Source: Gemmatimonadales bacterium
GTDB taxonomy: Bacteria > Gemmatimonadota > Gemmatimonadetes > Gemmatimonadales > GWC2-71-9
DNA length: 64,000 nucleotides
Assembly (NCBI GenBank): GCA_037189525.1
Contig: JBBCJC010000001.1
Span: 384,001 to 448,000, forward strand
Direction of reading: 5' to 3'
Shown: positions 17,904 to 28,220 of the stretch, piece by piece
Layout of the letters: each line of letters begins with the position of its first letter
Position numbering within the stretch: position 1 is the first letter of the stretch
Notes under the pieces: generated by a model
What the model was told of the DNA's origin: nothing
Databases searched by the model: none
Seen by the model: only the letters and a program-made list of their open reading frames with translations
Made by a program: the position numbers and the translations under genes

Positions 17904-20720
17904 TTAGAACGTGTACGAAATCTTGGACGTCACCAACCGGCCCAGCGTCGGCACGCCGACGAAGGTGGCGTAGCCGGTATTGAAGACGTTGTTGATGCCC
18001 ACCGCCACCAGCATGTTGCGTCCGGCAAACCGCGGCCGGATGCTCCCCTGCAGGTCGAGCAGTGCGTACGAGTCGGTCGGCTCGAAGCTCCCGTCGGCCC
18101 GCTGCGGACTCACATAGACACCCGAGTTGACCGGGAAGCCCTTGGTGTAGCGGCCCCGAGCTTCCACCGCCCACCCCGCCGGATCGTTCCGATACCGGAG
18201 CGACGCCGTACCCCGGTTCTTTGACCCGTTGAGCGCAATCGGCGTCGGACCGTTGACCTCTTCGGCCGTGAAGAAATCCTTGTTCACCACCGACCAGGTC
18301 GCGGCCATCGACCAGCGGTCATTGGCGACGTAATCGAACGCCATGTCGGCGCCGAAGAGATCGACCTCGCCGAAGTTCCGGTAGGTCAGGAAGATGTCGG
18401 AGCGTTCGGTGAGCGGCGAGTTGTTCGGGACCACCGTGCCAAGCGGAATGCCCTGCGTCCCCGAAGCGCCGGTTGCGCCCGAGATACCCGCCATGGCGGT
18501 GCCGAGCTGCCCCGCTGCCTGCGCAGCGGCCTGGGCTCCGATCGCGGGGGTGAACGCTGCCGTCAGGTACGCAATCAGCGAGTTCCGGTCGAAAAAGACG
18601 TTGGGCGACTCGACGATCAGCGGGCCGACGAAGTTCTCGCGCCGCTCGTAGTAGACGTCGACCGCCAGGCGCGCCTTGTTGCCCAGGTTGCCCTTGTACC
18701 CGACTTCGAACGTGTTGCTGATACTCGGCTTGAGGGTCGCAATGTCCTGGACCTGGGCCGGATCGATGTCGAGGAAGGTGGCCGTCGTGGTGTTGAGCCG
18801 GCGGAGCTGGGTGCCGACCTGCGTCGTCGGCGCCGGAATGGCCGCCAGCAACTGCCGAAGTTGCGCCGGCACGGCCTGGTTCTGTGAGATGATCCCGACT
18901 GCCAGCGGCCACAGGGCGGCCGCATTGGCGGGCAGCTGCTGCGTCGGGCTGCCCAGAACCGGAATGGCCCGCATGCAGAGATTGCTGAGGCCGTTGGCAC
19001 AGCCGCCGCCCGCCCGGAACTGGAACCCGCCCTGCGGCACGCCGAGCGCGCGAACCGTATAGGGCCCCGCCGCTCCACCACGAATATCCAGGAACAGGTT
19101 GTTGTTGCTGGGCGTCGAGAAGGCCCGGTTGTAGGTCAGGCGAATGTTGTTGGACTCATTCGGCTTGAGCACCAGCGCCACCCGCGGCGACAGGACCGGA
19201 TCGTCGAGACGGCTGTGGTGATCGACCCGGAGCGCAGCCACGACGTCGACTCGCGGGCTCAAATGGGTCACACTGTGGAGGTACCCACCGACTTCCTTGA
19301 TGTCGTCGTCGGCCTCGTTGGACCCGTTGATGCTGCCGCCGGTCCGCGCATCGGTGAAGATATAGTCGACGCCGTAGATAAAGGTCTGCCGAGCGCCGAG
19401 GCTGAAGCCATGCTGGACTTGCGCCGCCAGGGTGCGGGAACTGTCGAGAATCTGCTGGCCGTCGCGGAGCAGGAAGGTCCCGCCGGAGTTGCTGAAGTTC
19501 CCGAACACCTGGGCAAACAGGTCTTTGTGTCGAAACCGGGTCTGGATGCTCTGATACCGCCAATCGCGCGCCTGGCCGGCGCCGAGCCCGGTGAGTTCGA
19601 TCAGGTTGATCGCTTCGCTGTGCCCGTAGCTGGTGATCCACTCGGTATTCTCGTCCGGCCGGACATCGAAGCGGAACTCACCATTCCATTTTCTGATATC
19701 GAAGTTCCGGCACCCGGTCACGGTGCGAGTACAGGAGATCGTGCTGTTGTCATCCCGCGACCGGGTCCGGAGCGTGTCGCCCGGATCGGCGTAGCGCCAG
19801 TCGCTGCCGGTTAGATACTCACCCGACAGCTTGAAGCCCACCTTGGGCGAGAGCCGCGTCGCATGCCGGAATCCGAAGCGGAGCAGCCCGCCGCCGTTGT
19901 CGGCCGCGTTGGTCCCTTCCGCCCACTTGGAACTCGCCCGGAACCCGCTCTCGAGCGAGACCGTCGTGCCCGGCGAGTTGATCGGCGACTTGGTAATGAT
20001 GTTGAGCACGCCGCTGGTCACGTTGGGACCATAGAGCGCCGCGCCGGGGCCCAAGACGAACTCGATCTGTTCGATATCCTCGTTCGTGGTCGGAAAGAAC
20101 CCGGCCACGTTGACCTTGAGCGACGGCACCGCCGCCATCCGGTTATCGATCAGCGTCAGCAGCGACCCGGAAAAGGTGTTGTTGAAGCCGCGGGAGACGA
20201 TGTTGGACTGGACCAACCCGCCCTCCGAGAACGAGATCCCGGGAGCCGCCTTGAGATGGTCGAGGACGGTGATGGCCGGCCGTTCCTGGACCTGAACCGC
20301 CGGGATCACGGTCACGCTGGCCGGCGCATCCGTGAGCTTTTCCGGCACTTTGGAGACGGAGGTGACCATGACCTCTGAGAGGTTATACACCTGGCTCGAG
20401 AGGACGAAATCGACGGTGACCGTCCCGCCCGACGTGACCACAACGCCTCGCGTCTGGCGCGGGGAGTATGGGATCATGGTGGCCAGGACCGCGTAGGTCC
20501 CGGCGGGAAGGTTGTCGATCCGATAGACGCCGTTGGCACCGGTGGAGCCTTGCCCGACGTTCCTTCCAGAAACGTCGCGAACCTGGATCTGAGCGCCGAC
20601 CAGACCATCTCCTCTGGTACTGTCGGAGACGCGGCCGGCAATCGAGCCAGCCTGGGCCGACGCCACCACGGGAAAACCGACCAATGACAACGCCAGCAAC
20701 CACAGACGGGAAGGAGTCAT
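17904..20720 (-). CDS. TonB-dependent receptor with N-terminal carboxypeptidase regulatory-like domain
   Basis: Signal peptide; plug motif IEQIEFVLGPGAALYG...GVLNIITK; C-terminal ISYTF. Confidence 0.92.
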   Translation of the reverse strand: MTPSRLWLLALSLVGFPVVASAQAGSIAGRVSDSTRGDGLVGAQIQVRDVSGRNVGQGSTGANGVYRIDNLPAGTYAVLATMIPYSPRQTRGVVVTSGGTVTVDFVLSSQVYNLSEVMVTSVSKVPEKLTDAPASVTVIPAVQVQERPAITVLDHLKAAPGISFSEGGLVQSNIVSRGFNNTFSGSLLTLIDNRMAAVPSLKVNVAGFFPTTNEDIEQIEFVLGPGAALYGPNVTSGVLNIITKSPINSPGTTVSLESGFRASSKWAEGTNAADNGGGLLRFGFRHATRLSPKVGFKLSGEYLTGSDWRYADPGDTLRTRSRDDNSTISCTRTVTGCRNFDIRKWNGEFRFDVRPDENTEWITSYGHSEAINLIELTGLGAGQARDWRYQSIQTRFRHKDLFAQVFGNFSNSGGTFLLRDGQQILDSSRTLAAQVQHGFSLGARQTFIYGVDYIFTDARTGGSINGSNEADDDIKEVGGYLHSVTHLSPRVDVVAALRVDHHSRLDDPVLSPRVALVLKPNESNNIRLTYNRAFSTPSNNNLFLDIRGGAAGPYTVRALGVPQGGFQFRAGGGCANGLSNLCMRAIPVLGSPTQQLPANAAALWPLAVGIISQNQAVPAQLRQLLAAIPAPTTQVGTQLRRLNTTTATFLDIDPAQVQDIATLKPSISNTFEVGYKGNLGNKARLAVDVYYERRENFVGPLIVESPNVFFDRNSLIAYLTAAFTPAIGAQAAAQAAGQLGTAMAGISGATGASGTQGIPLGTVVPNNSPLTERSDIFLTYRNFGEVDLFGADMAFDYVANDRWSMAATWSVVNKDFFTAEEVNGPTPIALNGSKNRGTASLRYRNDPAGWAVEARGRYTKGFPVNSGVYVSPQRADGSFEPTDSYALLDLQGSIRPRFAGRNMLVAVGINNVFNTGYATFVGVPTLGRLVTSKISYTF

Positions 20721-20962
20721 AATTCGGGGCCTCGAGGAAAACGGGACTTGCCGGGAGACGAGGGCTTGGCGTATCACGACAACCCCTTGTCTTTCAATAA
20801 GATCGGAATTGGACCGGGGCAGTGTCAAGCCGAGCCCAGCCCCCCGCCGTGTGCAAGGGTCGGCCACTGGGGCGTCCCTTTGCTTTGACAATCGACTAAA
20901 GCATGTTTCCCAGTTCGCGTCTAGGCGGGATCGGTCCCGCCGGCTATCCCAGGAGGGGATTT

Positions 20963-21895
20963 ATGAAGCGCAGTCTCGTAGCCCTTGTCGCAGTGACCGG
21001 TATCGTCGCGTGCAACGCGGGACCGCGAGGGCAGCTGGTACAGTCGATCCCGTCGGACTCGACCGAGTTTTTCCGGACCCAAGTGCAGCAGATGACCACC
21101 GTGTCGGCCACCAAGGACAGCCTGTTCCGTGACCTCGCGGAAACCACCAAGCTGCTCGCCGACATCAACACCGAGTTGGCCACGGTCCGGACCGGCAACA
21201 AGGCCGTCGAGCCCGTCGTTTCGCCCGAGAGTCAGCTGGCCGCGTCGCCCAGCGACCGCGCCCTGGTCCTCAAGAAGGTCAAGGATCTCACTGCCCGCGT
21301 GAAGAACAGCGAGAGCCGGTTGGCCACGAGCCAGCGCCGGATCCGCGCGCTGACCGCCGAGTCCGACAGCTTCCGCGTGGTACTGGCAGACTTCCAGACC
21401 ACCATCGACGGCCTCAACTCGATGGTCGACAATCAGAAGAGCACCATCGCGAACCTCGAGTCCGAGCTCAACACCAGCCGGGCCCAGGTCGTCGCGCTGA
21501 CCGAGGAAAAGGTCGTCCTCCAGGACACCGTCTCGGCCATGACCACCCGTGAAAACACGGTCTACTACGTGGTTGGCACCAAGAAGGAGCTCAAGGACCG
21601 CGGCATCATCAAGGAAGTCGGCGGCACGCGCTTCCTCCTGGTGACCCGCACCGGTGAGACCCTGAAGCCGGCGGACAACCTCGATCCGTCGATGTTCACC
21701 GCCATCGATCGGCGCCAGACGGCTGAGATTCCGCTGCCGCGCCCCGACAAGCAGTACCGGGTGGTGACCAATCAGAACGTCGCGTACGCCAACGCCAGCC
21801 AGGACAACAGCGGCAAGGTGCGCGGCACGCTCCAGATCTCGAACCCGGAGCAGTTCTGGACCAACTCGAAGTTCCTGATCCTGGTCGAGAACTAA
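20963..21895 (+). CDS. Coiled-coil lipoprotein, Cbp1-like adhesin family (tentative)
   Basis: AGGAGG RBS; lipobox IVAC; heptad region; NTVYYVVGTKKELK...P.QFW..SKFL C-terminal domain. Confidence 0.65.
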   Translation: MKRSLVALVAVTGIVACNAGPRGQLVQSIPSDSTEFFRTQVQQMTTVSATKDSLFRDLAETTKLLADINTELATVRTGNKAVEPVVSPESQLAASPSDRALVLKKVKDLTARVKNSESRLATSQRRIRALTAESDSFRVVLADFQTTIDGLNSMVDNQKSTIANLESELNTSRAQVVALTEEKVVLQDTVSAMTTRENTVYYVVGTKKELKDRGIIKEVGGTRFLLVTRTGETLKPADNLDPSMFTAIDRRQTAEIPLPRPDKQYRVVTNQNVAYANASQDNSGKVRGTLQISNPEQFWTNSKFLILVEN

Positions 21896-21914
21896 CGCGG
21901 GTACGAAGCGGATG

Positions 21915-21952
21915 AACGAAAGGGCGGCCCGAGCGGTCGCCCTTTTCGTTTT
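21915..21952 (+). terminator. Rho-independent terminator
   Basis: GAAAGGGCGGCC/GGTCGCCCTTTTC hairpin with U-tract. Confidence 0.8.
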
Positions 21953-22038
21953 CCCTTCCACGCCATCGCCGCGCTTGCTGGTCTGCCCGGATGACGGATA
22001 AGTTGGCACACCTCCAGATGCGATCCTCCGACCCGCCC

Positions 22039-23064
22039 ATGCCAGCCGCCGTCCGCCTCCCACTCGTGGTCCTGACCCCGATCCGGAACGAAGGGTGGAT
22101 CCTCGATCGCTTCCTGGCCGTCACCTCCCGGCTCGCCGACCATATCGTCCTGGCCGATCAGCAATCGTTCGACCGGAGCCGAGCGATTGCTGCGCAATAT
22201 CCGAATGTCACCGTGGTCGCGAACGACGACCCCGGCTTCAGCGAGGCCGCCCGGCAGGAGCTCCTGATCGAGACCGCTCGGCGGCTGGTGCCCGGCCCCA
22301 AGGTGCTGCTCGCGCTCGACGCCGACGAGATCATTGCCGCCGACGCGCCCGATACGCCCGGCTGGGAGACCATGCTGACGGCCGAGCCCGGCACGATCCT
22401 CTGCTATGAGCTCGTCGACCTGATCCATACGCCCGACCGCTGCATGCGTCACGACCGCTGGCGGCCCTTCGGCTACGTCGACGACGGCGCCGCCCACGCC
22501 GGCCGCCTGATTCACAGCGGGCGGGTACCCCTCCCCGCCGGCGCGCCTCGGCTCAAGCTGAACGACGTCAAGCTGCTCCACTATGCGCCGCTCCGCAGCA
22601 CGGGCATGGCGTCCAAACTCCGCTGGTACAGCGTGGTCGAGAACGTGCTGGGGACCTGCCCGCCTGTCTTCAAGCGCCGGCTCCGCTATCTGAACCACGT
22701 CGACTTCACCTGGGAAGGCCGCTTCGAAGCGAGCCAATCGCGCTGGTTCGAAGGGTGGGAGGCGGTGGGCATCGACATGCGCACCATCGACGATCCCGAG
22801 TTCCACTGGTACGATGTCGAGGTGCTGCGCGCCTTCCGCACCTACGGCACACGGAAGTTCTGGCTCGATGACATCTGGCGGTTCGACTGGGAACCGGCGC
22901 GGCAATGGGCCCTCGCCCAGGGGCTCGAAGGGCTACCCGAGGGCCCGATCCGTCCGGCGCCCGACTGGCTCGTCTGGGTGATGCGCGCGCTGGGCTGGGT
23001 CCATCGCCATCAGGTCTGGCTCCGCCAGCGTCTCTCGGGACGGCGGAGCCGCCGCCTCGAGTGA
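22039..23064 (+). CDS. Glycosyltransferase family 2
   Basis: TPIRNE, ADQQSFD, ALDADE (DxD); start may be 22018. Confidence 0.85.
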   Translation: MPAAVRLPLVVLTPIRNEGWILDRFLAVTSRLADHIVLADQQSFDRSRAIAAQYPNVTVVANDDPGFSEAARQELLIETARRLVPGPKVLLALDADEIIAADAPDTPGWETMLTAEPGTILCYELVDLIHTPDRCMRHDRWRPFGYVDDGAAHAGRLIHSGRVPLPAGAPRLKLNDVKLLHYAPLRSTGMASKLRWYSVVENVLGTCPPVFKRRLRYLNHVDFTWEGRFEASQSRWFEGWEAVGIDMRTIDDPEFHWYDVEVLRAFRTYGTRKFWLDDIWRFDWEPARQWALAQGLEGLPEGPIRPAPDWLVWVMRALGWVHRHQVWLRQRLSGRRSRRLE

Positions 23065-23167
23065 GGACATTGCCCGCGCGCGAGACACCGTCGTCGTTGC
23101 CTCGCCGTCCCCGGTCCCCGTAGCTTTGATGCCGTCCGCCTTGCCGTATCGTCACCCCGGAGCATCC

Positions 23168-24568
23168 ATGCGCCGCCTCACCGTAGCCCTTCTTACCCTG
23201 CTCGTGCTCGCCCTGCCCCGTCCCGCCCGAGCGCAGGACGATGCGCAGCGAGCGCTGGAGCGCGAGATCCTGGCCGAACTGATCGCCATCAATACCAGCG
23301 ACTCCGCCGGACAGAGCGCGCGCATCTCGGCCGTGATCCGCGACCGGCTCCTCGCCGCCGGGTTCGAGGCGGCCGACGTCCAGGTGATCGGGCACGATCC
23401 GCGCTATCAGAACGTGGTGGCGCGCTATCGCGGCCGAGCCACGGGCAAGAAGCCCATCATGCTGATGGCCCACCTCGACGTGGTCGACGCGCGCCGCGAG
23501 GACTGGTCGTTCGATCCCTACGCGTTCCGGGAAGAAGGCGGCTTCTACTACGGACGCGGCACCAGCGACAACAAGGCGGGCGTGGCAACGCTGGTTGCCA
23601 ACTTCATCCGGCTCCGCCGCGAGAAGTTCGTCCCCGACCGCGATCTCATCATGGTGCTCACGGCCGACGAGGAGACGGACGGCAACGCTATCGCATGGCT
23701 GGTATCGGATCAACGCGCCCTGGTCGACGCCGAATACGCCCTCAATACCGACGCCGGCGGTGGCGCGCTGGTCAACGGGACGCCCTCGGCGTTCGCGGTG
23801 CAGACGGCCGAGAAGATCTATGTCACCTTCGAACTCACGGTGCGCAACAAGGGCGGCCACAGCTCGGTGCCGGTGCCGGACAACGCTATCAACCGGCTCG
23901 CGACCGGGCTGACCAAGCTTGCTGCGTATACCTTCCCGGTTCGCTTGAACGAGACGACGCGCGCCTACTTCGAGCGGAGCGCGCGCACGGAGTCGGGCCA
24001 GACCCGCGCCGACATGCTGGCGCTCGCGTCCAAAGCCGACCCGGCCGCCGCGGCCCGGCTGAGCGCCGCGGTGCCGTTCTACAACTCGGTGATGCGAACC
24101 ACCTGTGTTGCCACCAAGCTCTTCGCGGGCCACGCCGACAACGCCCTTCCGCAGCTGGCGCGCGCGACGGTCAACTGCCGGCTCCTGCCCGACGATCATC
24201 AGGACTCGGTGCAGGCCGTACTCACCAGAGTGCTCGCCGACCCGGAAATCGCCATTACGACGACGTACCCGGCCAAGCCGAGCCCGCCGTCGCCGCTCCG
24301 GCCCGACGTGGTGGGCCCGATCGAGTCGCTGGTCAAAGAAATGTGGCCGAGCGCCACGGTGGTGCCGGAGATGTCGACCGGCGCTACCGACGGGCTCTTC
24401 GTACGGAACGTGGGGATCCCGGTCTACGGCGTGAGTGCGATCTTCGAAGACATCAACGACGGTCGCGCGCACGGAAGAGATGAACGCGTCGGCGTGGAGG
24501 AGTTCCACCGCGCATCGACCTTCTGGTACCGGATGCTCAAGGCGCTCACCTCACCGGGAGCCACCTGA
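23168..24568 (+). CDS. Secreted M20/M25/M40 metallopeptidase
   Basis: Signal peptide; AHLDVV, GRGTSDNK, ADEE, GGHSS, AHGRDE. Confidence 0.93.
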   Translation: MRRLTVALLTLLVLALPRPARAQDDAQRALEREILAELIAINTSDSAGQSARISAVIRDRLLAAGFEAADVQVIGHDPRYQNVVARYRGRATGKKPIMLMAHLDVVDARREDWSFDPYAFREEGGFYYGRGTSDNKAGVATLVANFIRLRREKFVPDRDLIMVLTADEETDGNAIAWLVSDQRALVDAEYALNTDAGGGALVNGTPSAFAVQTAEKIYVTFELTVRNKGGHSSVPVPDNAINRLATGLTKLAAYTFPVRLNETTRAYFERSARTESGQTRADMLALASKADPAAAARLSAAVPFYNSVMRTTCVATKLFAGHADNALPQLARATVNCRLLPDDHQDSVQAVLTRVLADPEIAITTTYPAKPSPPSPLRPDVVGPIESLVKEMWPSATVVPEMSTGATDGLFVRNVGIPVYGVSAIFEDINDGRAHGRDERVGVEEFHRASTFWYRMLKALTSPGAT

Positions 24569-24624
24569 GGCCGGGCAATATCTCCGGCAAGACCCTCACG
24601 GACGGATCTGTCACCCCCGATATA

Positions 24625-24662
24625 TCACGGCCCGCCGCCGCTCGATGCGGAGCGGGCCGTGA
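24625..24662. terminator. Hairpin between convergent genes
   Basis: TCACGGCCCGC...GCGGGCCGTGA inverted repeat. Confidence 0.6.
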
Positions 24663-24706
24663 CTCGATCTCCCTCGGCTCCGCACCGAGCGGAACCGCTT
24701 TCGTAG

Positions 24707-26578
24707 CTACCAGGCGATCCCGTAGTCCTCGCCGTCGGTGCTCGACCCGCCCCAGAAGCTGCCGTGCTTCCAGTCGAAGAAGATCGCGTTGATCGGCCCC
24801 GAGGTGCGCGGCGAGAAATTCAGGTTATAACCCATCTTCTGCAGGTCGGCGCGCACCCAGCCTGGCACCGCGTCATTGAGCGTGATCCGGCCCGGCCGTG
24901 AGTCGTGCGAACCGAACGAGCTCCGCATCTGATAGCTGGTGACGTTGGCCGCCTCGGTCGCCTGCTGCACATTCATCCCGAACTCGACCATGTTGAGGAA
25001 GAACTGCAGCAGGTTCTGATCCTGCGTGTCCCCGCCCTGCACCGCGAATGAGACGAACGGCCGTCCCTCCTTGAGCGCGAGCGTAGGCGTGAGCGTCACC
25101 CGCGGACGCCGGCCCGGTTCGATCACGTTGAACGGACTCTCCTCTGGATCGAGCACGAAGCTCTGCGCCCGCTGGCTCAATCCGACGCCCGTCTTGCCGG
25201 CAATCACCGCCGGAATCCAGCCGCCGCTCGGCGTGATCGACACGACCCACCCCTTGGCATCCGCAGCCTGAATCGACGTCGTACCGGCGCGGAAGGCCTC
25301 GTCATAGGTCATCGCTGCGAGCCCGCTCGCGCTACCGGTCTGATCAGTGTTGGCCGGCGGCGTCTTGGCCTTGGGCGGCCACTTGGACAGAATCGAGGTG
25401 AACGGGTTGCTGCCTCCCTGGAAGGGATACGGGTCGCCCGGCTTGATGGTCGAGTCGTTCCGTTCCCAGTTGATGGTGCCGAAACGCTGCTTGGCGTACT
25501 CCTTGGAGAGGAGTCCCTTGATCGGCGTGCGCGGCTCGAACGACGGATCGCCGTAGTAAAAATCGCGATCCGCAAAGGCCAGACTCATCGCCTGATAGAT
25601 GGTGTGGATGTACCGCGACGAGTTGTATCCCATCGACTTGACGTCGACGTTCTCGAGGATGTTGAGCGCCTGGAGCAGCGCCGGTCCCTGCTGCCACTCC
25701 TGCAGCTTGTAGACATCGATGCCCTTGTACGACACCGAGAGCGGCTCCTCGATCTTGACCTTCCAGTTCGCCAGGTCCTGCGCCGTGATGAGCCCTCCCT
25801 GCTCCTGGGTGCCGCGCGCGATCTCGGCGGCGATGTCTCCCTTATAAAAGCGGTCGTACGCTGCGTAGATCGCTTCCTTCCGGCTCTTGCCGCGCTTGAG
25901 CGCCTGCTGTTCCGTTTCAACCAGCTTGCGCAGCGTGACCGCCAGATCCGGCTGGCGGAAGATCTGGCCCGCATCCGGCCCCTTCCCGTCATTGACGAGA
26001 AAGACCGACTTCGAGTACGGCCACTGCTCCAGCATCTTCTTCCGGCTCTCGATGCTGGATGCGGTCTGCGCTTCGATCGGATATCCATCCGCCATCTCGA
26101 TCGCGGGCGCCAGCACATCCTTCAGGCTCATCGTGCCATACTCGGCGAGCATGGTGAGGAGGCCGCCGGGCGTCCCCGGCGTCACGGCTGCGAGCGGGCC
26201 GAACTCGGGCGGATAGTTGTGTCCCTTGCTGCGGTAGAAATCGGCCGTCGCACCGGTGGGCGCCACACCGAGTGCATTGATGCCGATCACCTTCTTGAGT
26301 TCGGGATGGTAGATCAGCGCCTGCGTCTCGCCACCCCAACTCAGGACATCCCACATGGTGGAGACCGCCGCGAGCATGGCGCAGGCAGCATCGACGGCAT
26401 TGCCGCCCCGTTGAAAGATCATGGCCCCGGCGGTCGCGCCGAGGGGCTTACCGGTAATCGCCACCCAGTGACGCCCGTGGAGCACGGGTTTGACGGTACG
26501 CTGAGCGAGCACGGGGGCAAGCGGGACGAGCGCCAGGAGCAGGGCGACGAGTGCCGCACGACGGCCAAAGCGGAACAC
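24707..26578 (-). CDS. ggt: Gamma-glutamyltransferase family (Ntn hydrolase)
   Basis: GGNAVDAA; autoprocessing site GTTSIQAAD; PGRRPRVTLTP; QGGDTQDQ. Confidence 0.9.
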   Translation of the reverse strand: MFRFGRRAALVALLLALVPLAPVLAQRTVKPVLHGRHWVAITGKPLGATAGAMIFQRGGNAVDAACAMLAAVSTMWDVLSWGGETQALIYHPELKKVIGINALGVAPTGATADFYRSKGHNYPPEFGPLAAVTPGTPGGLLTMLAEYGTMSLKDVLAPAIEMADGYPIEAQTASSIESRKKMLEQWPYSKSVFLVNDGKGPDAGQIFRQPDLAVTLRKLVETEQQALKRGKSRKEAIYAAYDRFYKGDIAAEIARGTQEQGGLITAQDLANWKVKIEEPLSVSYKGIDVYKLQEWQQGPALLQALNILENVDVKSMGYNSSRYIHTIYQAMSLAFADRDFYYGDPSFEPRTPIKGLLSKEYAKQRFGTINWERNDSTIKPGDPYPFQGGSNPFTSILSKWPPKAKTPPANTDQTGSASGLAAMTYDEAFRAGTTSIQAADAKGWVVSITPSGGWIPAVIAGKTGVGLSQRAQSFVLDPEESPFNVIEPGRRPRVTLTPTLALKEGRPFVSFAVQGGDTQDQNLLQFFLNMVEFGMNVQQATEAANVTSYQMRSSFGSHDSRPGRITLNDAVPGWVRADLQKMGYNLNFSPRTSGPINAIFFDWKHGSFWGGSSTDGEDYGIAW

Positions 26579-26719
26579 GGGGACCTCGGAGTGCAGGGAA
26601 TCCTCAAAGATATCCCGTTCCCGCCCCGCGTCACGTCCGGAGCCTGGTGTAGTATTCCACCGGCTTGTTATTTTGATTTTCGCTAATTACGCTTTCAGCT
26701 AATTACAATCTGAGGCGAC

Positions 26720-27073
26720 ATGCCTGGCCCCAACGCCGTATTCCGTGCGCTCGCCGATCCTACCCGCCGGGACATCCTCAAGTCCCTGCGCAGCGGGCCG
26801 CGCACGTCGGGCGAGATCGCCGCCAGTTTCCCGGTATCGTGGCCCACGATCTCCCGGCATCTGGCCGTGCTGCGAGACGCGGGTATGATCGCTGCCACCC
26901 GGGAGGGAACCAGCATCTCCTACGAAATCGACACCACCGTCTTTCACGAGCTAGTCGAGCAGGTTCTGCATCTGGTCGATCTGGGGAAGAACGCTAGGGT
27001 GGATCGTCGTTCCGGCCGGGTTTCTGACGGGGCTCTTCGCCCTGCCCCGGCTTCCCGAGGTCGTCATTCGTGA
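26720..27073 (+). CDS. ArsR/SdpR-like autorepressor (C-terminus probably extended by read-through)
   Basis: VFRALADPTRRDIL...SWPTISRHLAVLRDAG...YEIDTTVF. Confidence 0.85.
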   Translation: MPGPNAVFRALADPTRRDILKSLRSGPRTSGEIAASFPVSWPTISRHLAVLRDAGMIAATREGTSISYEIDTTVFHELVEQVLHLVDLGKNARVDRRSGRVSDGALRPAPASRGRHS

Positions 27074-27128
27074 CTTCCCCGGCCGAGTCCTGCTCATCCC
27101 GCTCCCGGCATTCGCCACCCTCAAGTAG
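26982..27128 (+). pseudogene. Possible remnant of an SdpI/DUF1648-like membrane protein
   Basis: Alternate frame WGRTLGWIVVPAGFLTGLFALPRLPEVV...LK* with no start codon. Confidence 0.35.
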
Positions 27129-27137
27129 AGACGCCCC

Positions 27138-28187
27138 ATGTCGCCCATCGTGCTGGCCACCCTCCTCGCGAGTCACGCCATGACTGCCCACGCGACCGAC
27201 CCTCGGATCGTCTCCGAAGAAGTCACCTTCGTTGCGGGCGGCCGGACCATCCCTGGCACGCTCGTCCGTCCCGAATCGGGCACCGGCCCCGGACTCCTGC
27301 TCCTGGCCGGCAGCGGACCAACCGATCGCGACTGGAACAGTCCGCTCCTGCCCGGCACGAACGGCAGCGCCCGGCTCCTGGCCGAAGCGCTTGCTGCGCG
27401 TGGCGTGACCGTGCTGCGATTCGACAAGGCGTTCTCCGGCAAGAATGCCGGCCTGCCGATCACCGAGCTCTCCATCGACACCTATCGCGACGAGGCAAGC
27501 GCCGCGCTCGACTTCCTGCGCGCGAGGCCGAGCGTCGATCCTGCCCGGATCTTCGTCGCGGGCCACAGCGAAGGCGGCATTCACGCCACCCGTTTGGCCG
27601 AGTCGGCGGGCGACCGGCTTCGGGGCGTGATCCTGATCTCGGCGCCAGGTCGCTCGATGCGCGAATTGCTCGAGGTGCAGTTCGAGCACAACGTGCTGAG
27701 CGCGTTCAAGCTGACGCCGCAGCAGATGGAGACCGAGATGGCGCCGATTCGCACGGCACTCCGGTCCTTCGTCGCGGGGGAGAACGTCGACCCCAAGTCG
27801 GCATCGTCCCGCCCCGAGGTCGTCGGTATCCTGACCGCGCTGATGGCGCCTCCGGTAGCTGGGCTCGGTCGCGCGCTGGCGGGGTTCGAACCGGTAAAGG
27901 CGGTTGCGAATCTTGCCCAGCCGGTGCTGGTCCTGCAGGGTGGGAAAGATGTCCAGGTGGAGCCGGCAGAGAACGCGGAGCGGTTGGTTGCGGCGCGCCG
28001 GGCCGCGGGGAAAGAGGTCGAATACTACTTGAGCCCGTTGGCCGACCATGTTCTCAAGACCGAATCTCGCTCGCTCGAAGAGGCTCGCGCCAATCTTCAG
28101 CTCCTCATGGCGGCGTACAACGCGCCCGATCGGACCCTCGCCGGCGACCTGGTCGAGACGCTGGCGAAGTGGGTCCACGCCCGATGA
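27138..28187 (+). CDS. Alpha/beta hydrolase
   Basis: AGSGPTDRD, RFDK, GHSEG nucleophile, QGGKDVQV, DH. Confidence 0.9.
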   Translation: MSPIVLATLLASHAMTAHATDPRIVSEEVTFVAGGRTIPGTLVRPESGTGPGLLLLAGSGPTDRDWNSPLLPGTNGSARLLAEALAARGVTVLRFDKAFSGKNAGLPITELSIDTYRDEASAALDFLRARPSVDPARIFVAGHSEGGIHATRLAESAGDRLRGVILISAPGRSMRELLEVQFEHNVLSAFKLTPQQMETEMAPIRTALRSFVAGENVDPKSASSRPEVVGILTALMAPPVAGLGRALAGFEPVKAVANLAQPVLVLQGGKDVQVEPAENAERLVAARRAAGKEVEYYLSPLADHVLKTESRSLEEARANLQLLMAAYNAPDRTLAGDLVETLAKWVHAR

Positions 28188-28220
28188 GGGCGTGGCGACT
28201 CTGCCGATCGGGCGTCGGAC

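Noticed and set aside
20720..20960. Cobalamin/TPP riboswitch upstream of the TonB receptor
   Set aside because: No B12-box or TPP core motif recognised, and the region is a short divergent promoter
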